NCBI GenBank assembly: GCA_012295275.1
Contig: CM022675.1
Coordinates: forward strand, 14,632,001 to 14,696,000
DNA length: 64,000 nucleotides
Source of the DNA: Chrysomallon squamiferum
Taxonomy: Eukaryota > Animalia > Mollusca
Direction: 5' to 3'
Part shown: positions 1 through 33,002 of the stretch, in pieces
How the letters are laid out: every line of letters starts with the position of its first letter
Numbering within the stretch: the first letter of the stretch is position 1
The notes under the pieces: model-generated
Database searches by the model: none
The model's input: only the letters and a program-made list of their open reading frames with translations
What the model was told of the DNA's origin: nothing
Translations under genes and position numbers: made by a program

Positions 1-131
1 TTTTTTTTTTTTTTTATATCCATACCTTTGATGCCCACGAGAGGGAGAATAAGAGAGATGATTAAATACTGAGTATAATTATGCATAAAGTAATATTTAT
101 GTAAGTGTTTCTATTCTTTTTATTTACTTAC

Positions 132-10845
<10,714 letters not shown>

Positions 10846-10902
10846 GATTGTTCTTAATCCAGCCTCGTGTCATAAACCATTAGATTTGTACACAATGAAC
10901 GA

Positions 10903-10943
10903 TTTCCCGCGAAAATTGTCACATGATTAATTTACCCGCGGAA
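10903..10943. promoter_or_regulatory. E2F-type sites in the MCM6 promoter/5' region
   Basis: TTTCCCGCGAAAA (10903-10915, overlapping inverted E2F motifs) and TTTACCCGCGGAA (10931-10943), 60-100 bp upstream of the ATG. MCM genes are established E2F targets. Confidence 0.7.
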
Positions 10944-11467
10944 TATTTGTATACTGGTTTTTCTTTCTATTGCGTTGACATTATAAAGGGAAACCCAGTT
11001 TGGACCACTCGTACTTTAGTTACTGCCCTTCTAGAAAAATGGTTAATACCATGTTAAAAGAGACGAAATCATACATTTCTCATGGTTATAGATAATTTAA
11101 TAAATTAATTAATTAATTAACTGATTACATAAATGTTATGTTTTTAACTCTTTTCATATTCAATATGCTTTTAATTTTAAACTTTTAAAGCTCTAGAGTC
11201 TAACTCATACTAATAACGTGTAATAATTTTTATGTTGGTTTATTATGGGTATTACATTATATTATATTAGTTATTGTTATTTCATTATTTTAATGCAAAT
11301 ATAATAAAATCATGCCATTATAGAAAGTTAAATCTGATTCAAATTCAATCGTAAAATTTTATGAATTCTTAATTATTTTTCAATATTTAATGTAAAATTG
11401 TATTAAACAGTGAATTTAGACAATAAAGAAAATCCAGAATCTTTATTAATTACTCCATCATTGATTA

Positions 11468-11510
<43 letters not shown>

Positions 11511-12306
11511 CAAATGTGCATTAAATATTTTAAGAAACTGTACCGTAGATGCATCATGACACCCATCTGGGTGGTTAATATGGGATTACTTATGCTTGAA
11601 AACGAGTTCATCTTAGTTACAGAACACAAAATAGCAGTGTTAAATTTCATTGTAAAATATCCAGATTGTGTTTAAAATATATATTAAAAGATATAATGGT
11701 AACAAATTGATTATATGTGTTCATGGATGTTATTCTTTTTCAGCATTTTAATTATAATTAGTACATCATCATCTGATTCTATTTTTCATGAATAAACTAA
11801 AGAATAATAATGACGTTGAATAAATGTCAAGAAACAAAAATAATAAAAACATCTCAATTTCATTTTTGCCAGCTGACGCATTCTAAAATATCTGTTACGC
11901 TGAAAGATTCCTTCTCACTTGTGACAAATGTATAATAATAAAAATATTATTGCAGAGAAAAAACAAGAAAAAACAGAAAAAAACTCCTCCATTTTTGTTT
12001 TTGTCAATAATTACTGAGTTACAATTTTTTTTTTTTTTTTTTTTTTTTACTCATTCTTATACCTGCATGTTTGAAAACATTTCTATTTTCCTTTTGTAAC
12101 TGTACAAGAATATGCAAGAAAATCCCCCCTCTTTAAAAATTATATGTTTTTGTTAATACTGATAGTCAGCGACAGCTCATGCTTTAGGTATGGTAGAAAT
12201 ATAAACATATAGTTGTTATATATATATATGTAGTTACAAATAAAATTACACAATCACACACATAAATAAATATATTGGCGTCACACATATGGTTAAGGAT
12301 GATGGA

Positions 12307-12513
12307 TCATTTAAGATGTAAAAGTTCTCCTAGCTGATCTGTGTACTCCATGTGTTTGTTGATCAGCTCCTCTTTCAGAAAGCGGATTCTGCCATCAATA
12401 GCGCTGTATTTGCGTTTTCGTGCTGGAGCTTGCCAATGACCCTCCAGTTGATGCAGTTTCACTTCCATTACAGACTGCTCACGTTTTAGAAGCCCTACTA
12501 CCTCAAAAATGTT
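12307..12513 (-). mobile_element. Mutator/MULE transposase C-terminal remnant
   Basis: Minus translation NIFEVVGLLKREQSVMEVKLHQLEGHWQAPARKRKYSAIDGRIRFLKEELINKHMEYTDQLGELLHLK* resembles the (HP)NIF..L..EQ...RKRKY..ID.RI tail of animal MULE transposases (from memory). Confidence 0.65.
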
Positions 12514-12626
12514 GTCCGCCTCTTAACATATCGATAAAAGTCACTCTAACTTGTGCAGCTGCCATAATGTTAAATGTGACATAGTTTTCCTACTCAATTA
12601 ATGAGAGCATAAGTGCAAATTCTACC

Positions 12627-12943
12627 CAGTGACATCTTGGACTTTTTAACAGTTGTCTTCTGTATCTTGCTTCCAAAGGCTGTACTACATGTTGTATTCA
12701 GTGGTAGAAATTAATTTTACATTAGAAAGTTCTATTTCTGCTTGTGAAGTGGCATCGTCTATAAAAAAAAATATGCTTTCCCTGTCACTTCATTAATTTG
12801 TTAGCATAAATTAGCACCAATAAATCCACGAGATGGTTAACAAGCTTTAAAATAATTGTCAAGAAGTCCAACAACACTGGCAACTGACACCAGACAACAA
12901 CTAATTATCAGATAGCCAAAATGTCTGGTCCAAGATGTCACTG
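12627..12943. mobile_element. MITE-like element with 16-bp perfect inverted repeats
   Basis: CAGTGACATCTTGGAC (12627-12642) and GTCCAAGATGTCACTG (12928-12943). TA follows the right end but the left TA is not flush. Confidence 0.55.
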
Positions 12944-13680
12944 TAGCATAAAATGACAAACCAGTTCATGCTTTTTTCAGTCAGGTAGCCAGAAGAGCTT
13001 ACTTGGTAATTAACCAACAACTTAAGCCTTTGGATGGACAAACACACACACACACACACACACACACCAAATACATCCTACCTCTTTCATTTCATTCTTC
13101 AAGTTTCTCTTCTTTTTTTTTTATGTTGTACTTCCCTCATCATATATTAAATGAGTTAATCTTATTTAACAGAGGTTATTTCTGTACTATTCAACTCACT
13201 TTCAAATACTGAAGGGGAAACCAACAATGGTTTCTTTCAACATAAATCAATTTCTATCAATAAATAACAAGCCATAAAATGACACTTCTGTTTTATTATC
13301 ACTGAAAACATTTTGGTAAGTGAAAGAATTAGCACTTTCATAAAGTTAGTGAAGCAGAGAAAACAAAATGCACTTTTAAAAAGTCAAGTGCAACATAAAA
13401 AGTAGTATAACGTTAAAAAATGTTTTTGCATCTACTAAAAATTTCTTTTAGTATAATTTTTTTTTAGTATAATTTAAATACTATTTCAAAACTAAATAAT
13501 TTTAAAATAATTTATCATTCATCGACAAAATAGATTCATTTCTATAGCATTAAATGTCTCATTTTAAACTGCTTTTTGAAAAGACCAGTTAAAGAATGAC
13601 TGAAAAAACGTATTTAAGAAATAAAATATGGCACTTTCTACGAAGTAACAGACAGTCTAATTGGTTGAAAAGAAAAGTTG

Positions 13681-17522
<3,842 letters not shown>

Positions 17523-17717
17523 TTTGCTATTAGTAACCTATTAAAATTAATATTATAAGGTAGGCCTAAGGTAAGTTTAATTGAAGTTAATTGTTTTTTT
17601 TTTTTTACTAATTTAAAGTAATTTGATATTTTGTAATACAGTATACTGGATTTAACAATTACTGACAATATTTTCTAATCGATCATATTTCATAATGCAT
17701 AAAAATTTACCTATTAC

Positions 17718-19761
17718 TATGTATGTGCAGATACTCGCAATTAGCGGCTGGCGTTTCTTACCAATTAGCTGTTCCACTGAAAATGTATTTCGCATGAGGG
17801 GGGTCGCCGTTTGTTCGCTTTTCATTGTTATATTCTTTACTTGGGATTTCTGCATACAAACTCAGACGGGATATTGATAAGTGCTCATGATTTTGAATAT
17901 TTTGATTCTGTTGAGTTTTTCTGTGCCTAAGCTGCTTTTTAAAAAATTACGAATTTTCAACACGCTTGAATCACTAAAACCAGCTACGTGACACTAATTG
18001 GACATTAAATTTAGTTTCTTATTGTCTTTAAAATTTTATCAAAATGTATGGATGCATTCAATTGTTATGATTGCCTCGTGAAAAATGGTCTGTTGGTAAT
18101 TTCGGTGTTCGATCGCCATCTTGAAACTTTTATAGCACGTGCTTAGCGAAATTGCCGTTAATTTACGTTTTCTACAGACCGAAATCACGTTGATTTTATT
18201 TACAATCGCCGTAAATTGTTTTCTACCTAGTCAAGTAATCATAGACTTTATGTGCAACTACAAATAACTGGTGCTATTTTAAATGATTATATTTCTATAA
18301 TCTGTGTTGATTATATTTTTAAAAACTTGTATAATGCATGTTTTATTATATGTTATGACTTTTACTGAATATAATTATAATATGAATACGTTCTGAAATA
18401 AACAAATTAATGTTTACCTATAATCCTCTGCAATACATAAACTCGTATAATACCGGCAATAACTTTCTGGAGTCTACTCCAGAAAGGTATTGCCGGACTT
18501 AATTAGGAGCAATACATTGTGTATGTAATCATGACACTAAAGACAGGTATGGTAAGTGTCATTTGAAGCAGACAAAAGAATTTTCTTGGCTTTGTGTTTG
18601 TACTTCCTGTGATTTGACAGCAAACAAAAGATACCTATCAATGTATCATGTGACCATTGCACATGTTTTCTCTGATGGAGCAAATCAACACTTGAAGCAA
18701 AAATAGCCTAAGTTTTAAAACTGAACTAAGTTTAGATTCACAGAATAAATTCATTGGACTGTTTTGTAGTACAGTTTGATATGTTTATGATTTTTAATTC
18801 GCCATTTATCGCAAGAATTTTTAAAGCAAAACACGAAGTTAGTTTATTTCTGATCATATTCATATTATAATGTATATACTTTAGAAATCCGAACACAGGA
18901 GAAAACTATACATCCCAAAAGTTAAAATATAAACATAGCTTCTATCATTTTAAATAGCAGAGGTTCTTTTATATGTTTGTTACTCTTTTTTTCTTTCTTT
19001 CTTAATTTTTTTTTAAATTTATTTTTAGGCAAGCAATATATATTTATGGACATAACTTTTGTTATAAATTTACACGCCATTGGTATTAATAGCGACATGT
19101 ACGATGTTAGAAATATATTCCTGGGTGCTAAAAATAGTCGAGTGTTAAGCAAAGGCGACACCGCCTTCAGATGAGCGCTTCGTAGAGCGACACCGCTTTA
19201 GCTTTAGGGATGTTCACAAAGTTCGTTTACCCCCACCACGTTTAATACTCTCATACAAACTACTGATTTAACACATAAAAACAAAACAAAAACATCACCA
19301 TTTAAAAGAACACATATTAATCTGTATTTGAGTGTAATTGCTTTTCATGTTATATTTTACAGAAGGGATTTGGGTGGGGCGGGAAATGGACAAAATCGGC
19401 ACTTTTTCCACTTATGTTTGTTAGGCTGCTGGTACCTTAATTAATAACTTCTTTTTAATTTTTACAAATATAATCGATAGCAGAGATTGGCATTGGTCTT
19501 CACTGAAAATTTCATCAAGAAAGCTTGATTATTAACAAAGATAGAGGGGAAAATGTTAAAATATTACTATTTTTGGTCACAAACCTCTAATGACTTATAT
19601 AGCGTTTAATCGGACGAAAAAAATTGCTTTTTAGGGGGTTTAAAATTGCTGCTACTTCCTTAATTTTTTACATATTCCCTTGATCTTGGTATCATTTTAA
19701 AGTGGTTTACAAGCTCTACCCAACTGATTAGTGGGTTTTGAATAATTTGTCCACATACCTA
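17718..19761. mobile_element. Second 7-bp-TSD TIR element of the same family, in the probable 5'UTR intron of Hsp70-A
   Basis: Termini TATGTATGTG...CACATACCTA. CTATTAC is duplicated at 17711-17717 and 19762-19768. The right ~350 bp match ~9978-10342 apart from a ~16-bp deletion. Confidence 0.75.
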
Positions 19762-19898
19762 CTATTACTTAACGTAATTTAACGTGCTGTCAAGTTTGCT
19801 CTTGGTAATCCTGCAGCATTTGGAAGTTGTTTTAAATAACTAACAGCACAGAATACAGCGAAGTGTGTTTCATTATTTAAAGCTACTAAAAGTATTTA

Positions 19899-20021
19899 CC
19901 TTTCTGTTGAAAGTACAAAAATCCACACGAAATCCACAGAAGCCACTTGCCACAAGTCCGGCCTAGCGCTATCTCTAAGGTGGAAATGGAAAGTTTTGTA
20001 TTAGCTCGAAACTTCTAGAAG
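19899..20021 (-). promoter_or_regulatory. Hsp70-A promoter and probable non-coding first exon
   Basis: Heat-shock element cGAAacTTCtaGAAg at 20007-20021 and a TATA-like TAATACAAAA (minus) just downstream. Donor AAG|GTAAAT near 19899; acceptor 15 nt before the ATG at 17538/17537. Confidence 0.7.
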
Positions 20022-21474
20022 GCTATTCGGTACGTTCCGCCTAATCTCAGAAAAGTACCAGATTTAATGTGTTCCACGTTATTTCATCCACGGTAAAATC
20101 ATCCATTTTTATTATGTTCCGAGCAAATTACAGTAAATAAATAAATAAATAAATAAATAATATTTGTTGAATGATTTTAGCAAAACGATCGATATGAAGC
20201 ATGCTATTATTATCATCATCATCATTATTAATGCTGTTCTGAAATAATCATTAAAACGGTATTGAAAGTACCCTAAAATAATTATTTACATATTTAAACC
20301 ACATTTTTTGGTCCCTGCAACCTTTCGGAATCTGTTCACGTATCTGATTACATACAGACTTTACGGTACAGGCCATGCACGTAACTCACTTTCAGTTTAG
20401 CTTTCACGTAAAGCACAAAGCGCGTATCGAAACAGGTCGAGGAAGGGTAGTAACTATAACTCTAGAAGTCATAAAAAGCTTTATTTGGATATATAATATA
20501 TATTTAGCTTGAACATTTATAAAATATTCAGTGTTTATGTTCCCACAGGTTCTCCATAGATTTATATAGAATAATGCAGGCAAATTTTATTCATATGAAA
20601 GCTAAATATCCTTCGAGACTTTTTATTGCTGTTTCTGACGATATATAATGTTATAGGAAATTCGTATTTTTGAAAATGTTGTCACCTACGTCCTATTATT
20701 TGTTATTTGCTTCTCTTGGTACTGCATAGTACACACAGAAGTATGGGATGGCCAGTTTTCGTTTGCGAACAAATCAATATTTTGTCTGTTTCTCAGCAAG
20801 AAGCAATACAACATCTTAAAGCAATTTAAGGGTCAACAACATTAATTTTACTTTTCAAGCATGTATTACTATTAGTTTGAATTCAGCACCCGAAATCGTT
20901 ACCTCGTTCAGCCAATCACGGCTTTTCTGGTGATTGTTTATGTAACAAACCATGCAAGAAAATGCAACTTAAGCATCACTAATCTGTGCAAAGATAATTA
21001 AAGAAAATCATAAAAACAAGACTCACCCGTTATCATGTTTCAAAAAATTGCTATAACGATACGGAAATGCACACGTGCACACAATGCACAGCTATGCATG
21101 GGCTTGTACTGTATCGAAAAAATCTCGCGAGAAAATATGACACGGGTTCGTCTATGCTAAAACTCTCTACTATCAATTACTTATTTATAATTAAAAATAA
21201 ATATATGTACAAATCAGACTCGGTAAATTTATACCTCGAAATTAACACTTTTTACTTTAGACTTCAGAAAAATTAAATTAAACAAATATTAGAAATGAAA
21301 ACGTAGCAGTGGACGAACTCTATGGGAATGATAAAAGTTGGGGCGCATTGAAAGTTGTAAAATTACTTTGTATTACTCTTTTTACCGATGTTTCCCGAAT
21401 GTTGACGATCAGATTCACACTCAATTTAGAACACATAATCAAAACCAAAAATGGTACTGGCCTCTGACCTTGAC

Positions 21475-21523
21475 ATTCGAGAAACTTCTAAATGACATCA
21501 TATCCGTCTTAAATTTATATAAA
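21475..21523 (+). promoter_or_regulatory. Probable Hsp70-B promoter (HSE plus TATA)
   Basis: aTTCgaGAAacTTCt at 21475-21489, TGACATCA, and TATATAAA at 21516-21523, oriented toward Hsp70-B. Confidence 0.6.
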
Positions 21524-21910
21524 TTTTTTTTTTCAAATCTTTTAATTTTTTTTATAATTTTTTTGAGTTCTAGTAGTTTCTAGTTCTTCAGAAATAGGTT
21601 ACCGTGATATAATTCAGATATTTAAGAACTTAATTTTGAAAAAGTAAAATAAATACAAATAAATATATAGAAAGGGAGCGAGGGGGAGAAAAATAAAAAC
21701 TTAAAAAAGGTAATTATTAAATTATTATCTACCTATATAAGTGTCTTAGTATCTATATTGTTACATCTTTTTAATTTATTAATCGAAATTACTTGAGTAA
21801 GTTGAGATCATTTATAATTTAAAATAGTTCAAAACAAAAATGAAATAACCATTCAAAGTTTATATGAATTTTTAATAATTTAAGGAGAAATCGAATCAAA
21901 GAAATGTTTG

Positions 21911-22143
21911 TATTGATTAATTTTTGTTTATGGTTTTTGTAAAAATAATAATTAACTAGAAAAACAAAACAAAAAGACTAAAAATTATTTTTGTAGTTAC
22001 AGAGTAGCTTATATATAATATACACTTATTGATTAATTTTTGTTTATGGTTTTTGTGAAAAATAATAATTAACTTGAAAAACAAAACAAAAAGACTAAAA
22101 ATTATTTTTGTAGTTACAGAGTAGCTTATATATAATATACACT
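21911..22143. repeat. 116-bp tandem duplication
   Basis: TATTGATTAATTTTTGTTTATGG...GCTTATATATAATATACACT starts at both 21911 and 22027 with about 2 differences. Confidence 0.9.
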
Positions 22144-22302
22144 AAACTGATTTTCTGTGCTTTTTCATATTCATTATATTATATATAAAATAATATTAAT
22201 TAAAAAAAAGAAAGATGTTTAATGTTTTTAAAATTGAAAAAAAAAATGACTTTTGTACCACCCAAACCTGTGTGTGGTGTTATAATAATAATAATAATAA
22301 TA

Positions 22303-22335
<33 letters not shown>

Positions 22336-22397
22336 GATTGCATGTCTTTAAAGAGTATGTCTGTAACCGGAACACTGTATGTGATTAGAATTATTTA

Positions 22398-24376
22398 GGG
22401 TCATTCCATGTCAAATCACCCCCCCCCAAAAAAAATTAATTCATAAACAGATACTAATGTATTTTAAAACATTATATTTGTTAAGTTGCATGTCTTTTCA
22501 GAATATAAAAGAAGAATTCATTATTTCTGTAACAACAATTTGAAAAAAAAGCTTTGTATGTAAAAGTTCAATATGAAATTACAAGAAATAAAGGGTCATT
22601 CATTCACCCAATGGTTTACACCCGTCAAATAAAACTTGGTATACCCCCCAAAAAAATTAAAATTCATAACCAGATATGGCCCCACCGAATTTTGAGATTT
22701 TTGCCAAAAATGGGTGTGACCACCAACCTTAGAACCCTCATATCTCAGTAACTACTGGGCCAATCTTCATAAAATTGGTATTGTTAGAAAGGCAAAATGA
22801 CAAGGATTCCAAATCTGCCATTTTTGTTTAGTTTGGAAAATATTGGAGTACCTTGACCTTTTGACCTTTGCTATGACTTTGAAATTGACCATGTGGATCA
22901 CGTGATCTTGAGATGACCTTTATTGAAATTTAATCTCCCACATGTTAACTAAAACCTATAAAAGTTTCCTGGGTGTAATATTTTTTGTTTAGCCACAATA
23001 TAGATTTAAAAAATGCACATATATGAAAATAACACCTTTTAAGCCATTAACATCTGATTAACTAAAACCTGAATGATCAATTCTGGATGCTAGGGATCAC
23101 CATCTTTCTTCATCATTGAGTAAGACATTGTAGGCCTACATGTATGCATAAAGTTCACATAAATTTGAGAGAACTAGGTGTTTCTGATGCTTAACCTTCT
23201 CACCATGTTTGTTTCAAATGCTCACTGTATCCTTCATTCCCAGACACATTCTACTGTTCTCATCACTTTCATAAAATTGGATTATTTCCTCCTTCAATTC
23301 ATTGTCCTTTCAGTGGTAAAGGGTGACAAAATCAAGATTTGCACACGCTCTGGGTAGGATTCAGACATTAAGATGTCATTTTAATGTTACTGTAGCTGAT
23401 GCTATTTTTTTTCTGTCCTTTCATTCATTTACTGGAATGTGCTAGTGAATGGAGTGTGACAGGAGTTTCGCCTAAACTCAACAGAATAGAATTCAAATCA
23501 AAGTCCTTTTCTGGGGAAACAACAACCAGCGGTTTTGTCTGGCAAGTTACCACCAAATTCTGCCATTGTAATACCACCCATGCTAAAGCCATCCTCTGCA
23601 GGACCTTGATTTCTGAAGGGTAATCAGACAGTCACAGCACAACTTGTCTCCTGGCCCTAGTGTCTTTGGAGGATTTACTAAGCATTTGTAAGTGCCCATG
23701 CTAACAATTCTTAAAGATCTAGTGCGTGCTTGCTCAGGGTGGCAATTAAGGGGATCACAACAGTTTTTCTGCAATGTTGAAAATTTGATGAAAAGTTCTT
23801 GTTCATGATACTCTTGATGTCTCGTGTTTTGATCCCACTTCAAAGAGTGAGGAGTTCGACTTCCTCAGTTTTCCATACACTTCGCAACAACTCCTTTTTA
23901 ATATTCTTGTTCATGATACTCTTGATGTCTCGTGTTTTGATCCCACTTCAAAGAGTGAGGAGTTCAACTTCCTCAGTTTTCCATACACTTCGCAAGAACT
24001 CCTTTTTAATATGATGGTGTTGATAACACACATTTTCAGGAGAGTTAAAGCTGCAGTTAGCCCTGGAAGAAATAAGGATTTTCAGTATTGGCCTGCACCT
24101 TCAATTCAATAGAACAAAGTCAGTGCTTTCCTAAATATTAAATCAAATCCTGAAACCCTTTCAGTAAAGTTAAGCAGGTCATAAAATGGCAGCAGAGTAC
24201 ATGTGTTATTGCCAAAAGTAATGAATTCTTTTTTTATATTCTGAAATACGATGGTTTTTTTTTAACAACTTAACAAATATAATGTTTTAAAATACATTAG
24301 TATCTGTTCATCTATGAATTAATATATTGAGATCAAATTTCTTAAAATAAATCTTCAGAATACACAACATGACCTC
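22398..24376 (-). mobile_element. Decayed Sola2-like DNA transposon upstream of the Hsp70-B start codon
   Basis: Long inverted repeats (~22436-22530 vs ~24215-24322) and a GGG left terminus. Broken minus-strand transposase: CCDPLNCH...PGDKLCCDC, LNSILLSLGETPVTLHS, DENSRMCLGMKDTVSI...QKHLVLSNLCELY. Internal 108-bp direct duplication at 23796-24012. The right end is approximate. Confidence 0.75.
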
Positions 24377-24569
24377 TGTGGGAAGGGACACATGTAAGAA
24401 TGTAGGTTTGTGAGAGTAAGGCTTTATTGTTGTTTTTTCAAATTATTATCTATTTTGATCTGTTTATTTATTTTGAAAAATTTAATTTATTATTTCTATT
24501 TTTTATTTTATTTATTTTATTGTAATTTATTGTTATTTTATTTTATTTATTTTAATTTATTTTTTAAAG

Positions 24570-30572
<6,003 letters not shown>

Positions 30573-32920
30573 ATTTTGATTAACTGTTCCTGATGCCATG
30601 TTGTTGCAGATATATCTTATTCAAATAGTTTGTTGTGGTTTATAATTATTTTTCTGTTTAGAAAAACAAACAAAATAAACAAAAAATCAAAACAAAAAAC
30701 AAAGGTACCAAATGAATGTTACAACCAAAATTTATTTTCATTTTATTGTATTAAATTTTTTTTAAATATTATTTCAACATCTTGGAAGAATTTCTCATCT
30801 GTTTTATTTTCCATTTCTTGTTATTAACTGATATTTTATTTCTTTGTTTTAAAAAATAATTAAATTAGACAATACTTGTTCTTTTTTCTTTATTAATGAG
30901 GCTAAATATGTGGGTAGAGTATACTAAATTTAACTCCTGTGGTCTGAAATTATTTTTTCTTTCAGAGAGAAGGTTGCATCTAATTACAAAATGGAACCAT
31001 GTAAATGAATTTTTAAATTTAGAAGGGTTCACAAAATAACAGCTTACATAAAATTTGAAGAGCTATATTCGGGAAACTGTTAAACATAGCATTATTCATT
31101 AACACTTCATACTGAGTTTATTGACTTATCTCTTTTACTGATAGCATGGCATCCATATTTTTTTATTTACTTTTTTTTAAATCACTTTACATTCTAAGCA
31201 AGCATCTTGTGATATTCTCAGGATGTATGAATTAATAAACTGTTTTGTGACATCTCAGTATACTATAATGTTAACCATTACTCCTAAGTAGTGTTTTGAT
31301 AATGTGATAATGGTAGTGAAATACTGCATAAAGTGTTCTCTTAACACTAAGCAACACAGCATTATTTACCTTCCTATAGATGGAAAATGCAAAGACAAAA
31401 TATTTCAAGATGCTGTATACAGTTTTAATTATGGTTAAAATGAAACTGTTCTCTTACGCAGAAGACTATTCTTGTCCAGAAAGAAACAAATTTTAAATGA
31501 TTTTTTTTATATCTACCATCCCACAAGTTAACATTCATACTGCCTTGCATCTACTTGTGAAGCAAAGTGGACCTATAGTGAAAGGTCTAGTAAATGAAAA
31601 TGTATTTCTACATATTAGCTGTCCACAATGATGTTCTCATTCTGTCAGCCAATTCTCTGAGTTACTTTTGCTTAATTGTAAAATAATGAGGACAAAACCT
31701 AGTTCTTTGCTCGATTAAATTGTAAGATTAATACATTTTAAAAAAATGAAGTTGAATAAAATCTATTTTAATATTTAAACCAAATAAAAATACAGTTTAT
31801 AATATCACATTTTTTGCTGCAGAAATGTTAATTTGGTGGTTACAGACAAAAGTAAATACTTCTACAGCCTAGAATCCAAATGTTTTAATTCCTATCTCCA
31901 GGAGCTGCAATGAGAAGATAAATACCCAAGAATAGTTTACATCAACACACTCTTCCTGAATATGAATTAAAGAATTTTATCAAATCCTTTTTAACAAACA
32001 ACAAACATTTTTTTAAAGCTTATTTTTACTTCAAAAAAACAAAAACATCAGTATTGCAAATGTCTAAGGCAAAGAAGTCTATTGCACAGGACAGAAAGTT
32101 CAAAAGCAAAATACTGAAAAATGGCAGAACACTAATATATACAGAGCTATCACAATTCTTAATAAACAAAATTCTATTTCCATCAACATGGATTCAAAAT
32201 CGTATTTGAAACTTAATATAGTAACTAATTTTATTACCATGAAAAAATTAAAATAATACAGTGGTTAAACAACTGAGAGAAATATTTTTAAAATTTCATT
32301 ATCAAAATGGAGTTTATGTTTGACAAAATGTATAAAAATGATCTAAATGCATAAGTTTAAGATGTGTTATATAGATGTGTACAATAAAAGTAACATCATA
32401 GTAAAAAATATGTTAAACTGATCATTTTTAGCTAAATAATTAAATAGCCTTGTTGATCTAATTCATTTCAGATAAAACTCAAGAAAAAGATAAATGTCCG
32501 AAGCCTTTTAAATACAACTGAAATATTTTAAAACTAGAAAATACTCATTTAGTGTGCATTATTTATAAAAATTCAAAGATTTTAGTGAACATAAGTTTTA
32601 TTAAACATACAATAATAAAACAAAATGGTTTGCATAAATTTAGATTTGTTTAAATAATATTTTTTAATTTCTTCTTATTTTTTTAAAAGAATAATTTGAA
32701 CAATGTATTATTTAAAATTTAAAATTAATTGATTTATTTTTAACAGACAAAAAAAATATGTAGATAACCTAAGATGTGGAAGGAAAACAAAGTATTATTT
32801 ATCACTTTCTGGATTATTAATTTCATTATTTTTAAGAAATTACTGTCAGAATTCTATATTAAACTCAAATGTTGACAAAACAAAACCCACCTAAAAGATC
32901 TTAATTTTTTTGTTAAAATG

Positions 32921-32923
<3 letters not shown>

Positions 32924-32974
<51 letters not shown>

Positions 32975-33002
32975 TAAAATGTCATATATATATATATATA
33001 TA
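32924..33002. repeat. (AT)n microsatellites
   Basis: Two ATAT runs, each preceded by TTAAAATGTC. Confidence 0.85.

Noticed and set aside
26-68. Possible extra 43-nt MCM6 exon (AG...GTATG on minus)
   Set aside because: Not recognisably MCM6-like, changes phase, and downstream exons are outside the window.
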